A program made the position numbers and the translations under genes. A model generated the notes under the pieces. The model saw only the letters and a list, made by a program, of their open reading frames with translations. It made no database searches and was not told where the DNA came from. Below are positions 63,353 to 64,000 of a stretch of DNA of 64,000 nucleotides, piece by piece. Position 1 is the stretch's first letter; each line of letters opens with the position of its first letter. This stretch comes from the human T2T-CHM13v2.0 reference genome, Homo sapiens, in assembly GCF_009914755.1 (NCBI RefSeq), contig NC_060939.1; one strand, 5' to 3'.

Positions 63353-64000
63353 CATTACAATTTAACTTCAAATTTGTGACAGAGTCACTGAGACAAAGTC
63401 CATATTCAACAAAGCAGAACATCGCTCCTATTTGTTCTGTTCTAAGATACACTGATACTAATATAAGTTAACACTACAAATGATCTTCAAATTAGGTAAA
63501 GTGAGTAGAAACTCCATTACCAATCAATCAATAAATGGATAACCAATCCTTCATTAAATGGGGGAATAATTTACTTAACTGTTAGGACAACCGTTAGAAT
63601 AAATCAAATTGTTTGCATTGAAAAAACACACCTCTTATGGCAACAGAGTGAATACACCAAACAGAATGGACCACCGCATAGTTTATGTGGCTGTTTAAAC
63701 ACAAGTCTTGTGATCTTTGAGTGACTTCCCAAGCAAGAGGGAATAATGTTATAATGCAGTAAATACTGGCATTTTAAAAATTGCTCTTAAAGTCAGACTA
63801 GACTGTGACTAAGGGCCTTTATGAATTTAGGATCCTTTCACATATAGATCATCTATTTGATTAAGTTCTCATAAGGATTAGTGGAAGAATCATGCATATA
63901 GACTTGCTCAGTGCCAAATTTACGTGAATTTTAAGATTCCTGTCTTTAATTCTTGTGTGTCATAGCCAATTTTATTTTGGGTGGTGAACACAACTGTAAC

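Overview
Primate (most likely human) genomic DNA. It is AT-rich and CpG-poor with no CpG island or promoter, and it is densely filled with interspersed repeats: about 55 Alu copies or monomers (FAM/FLAM/FRAM, J, S, Y), old L1M fragments, one L1PA 3' fragment, L2, CR1/L3, MIR, Tigger/MER2/hAT DNA transposons and LTR33/MLT-like LTRs. I cannot support any protein-coding gene. The ORF track consists of Alu/L1-derived or chance frames. The window reads as the interior of a large intron (possibly of a minus-strand gene) or as intergenic DNA; I could not identify the locus. The most notable structure is a ~1 kb composite insertion at 47368-48363: Alu + ancient antisense L1ME-like DNA + ATTAAA + poly(A), inside one 15-bp target-site duplication. 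It looks like an Alu-headed transduction or retrocopy. Several templated-insertion and template-switch scars and a few candidate small exons are also reported. Repeat subfamily names come from my recall of consensus sequences, and boundaries are approximate.
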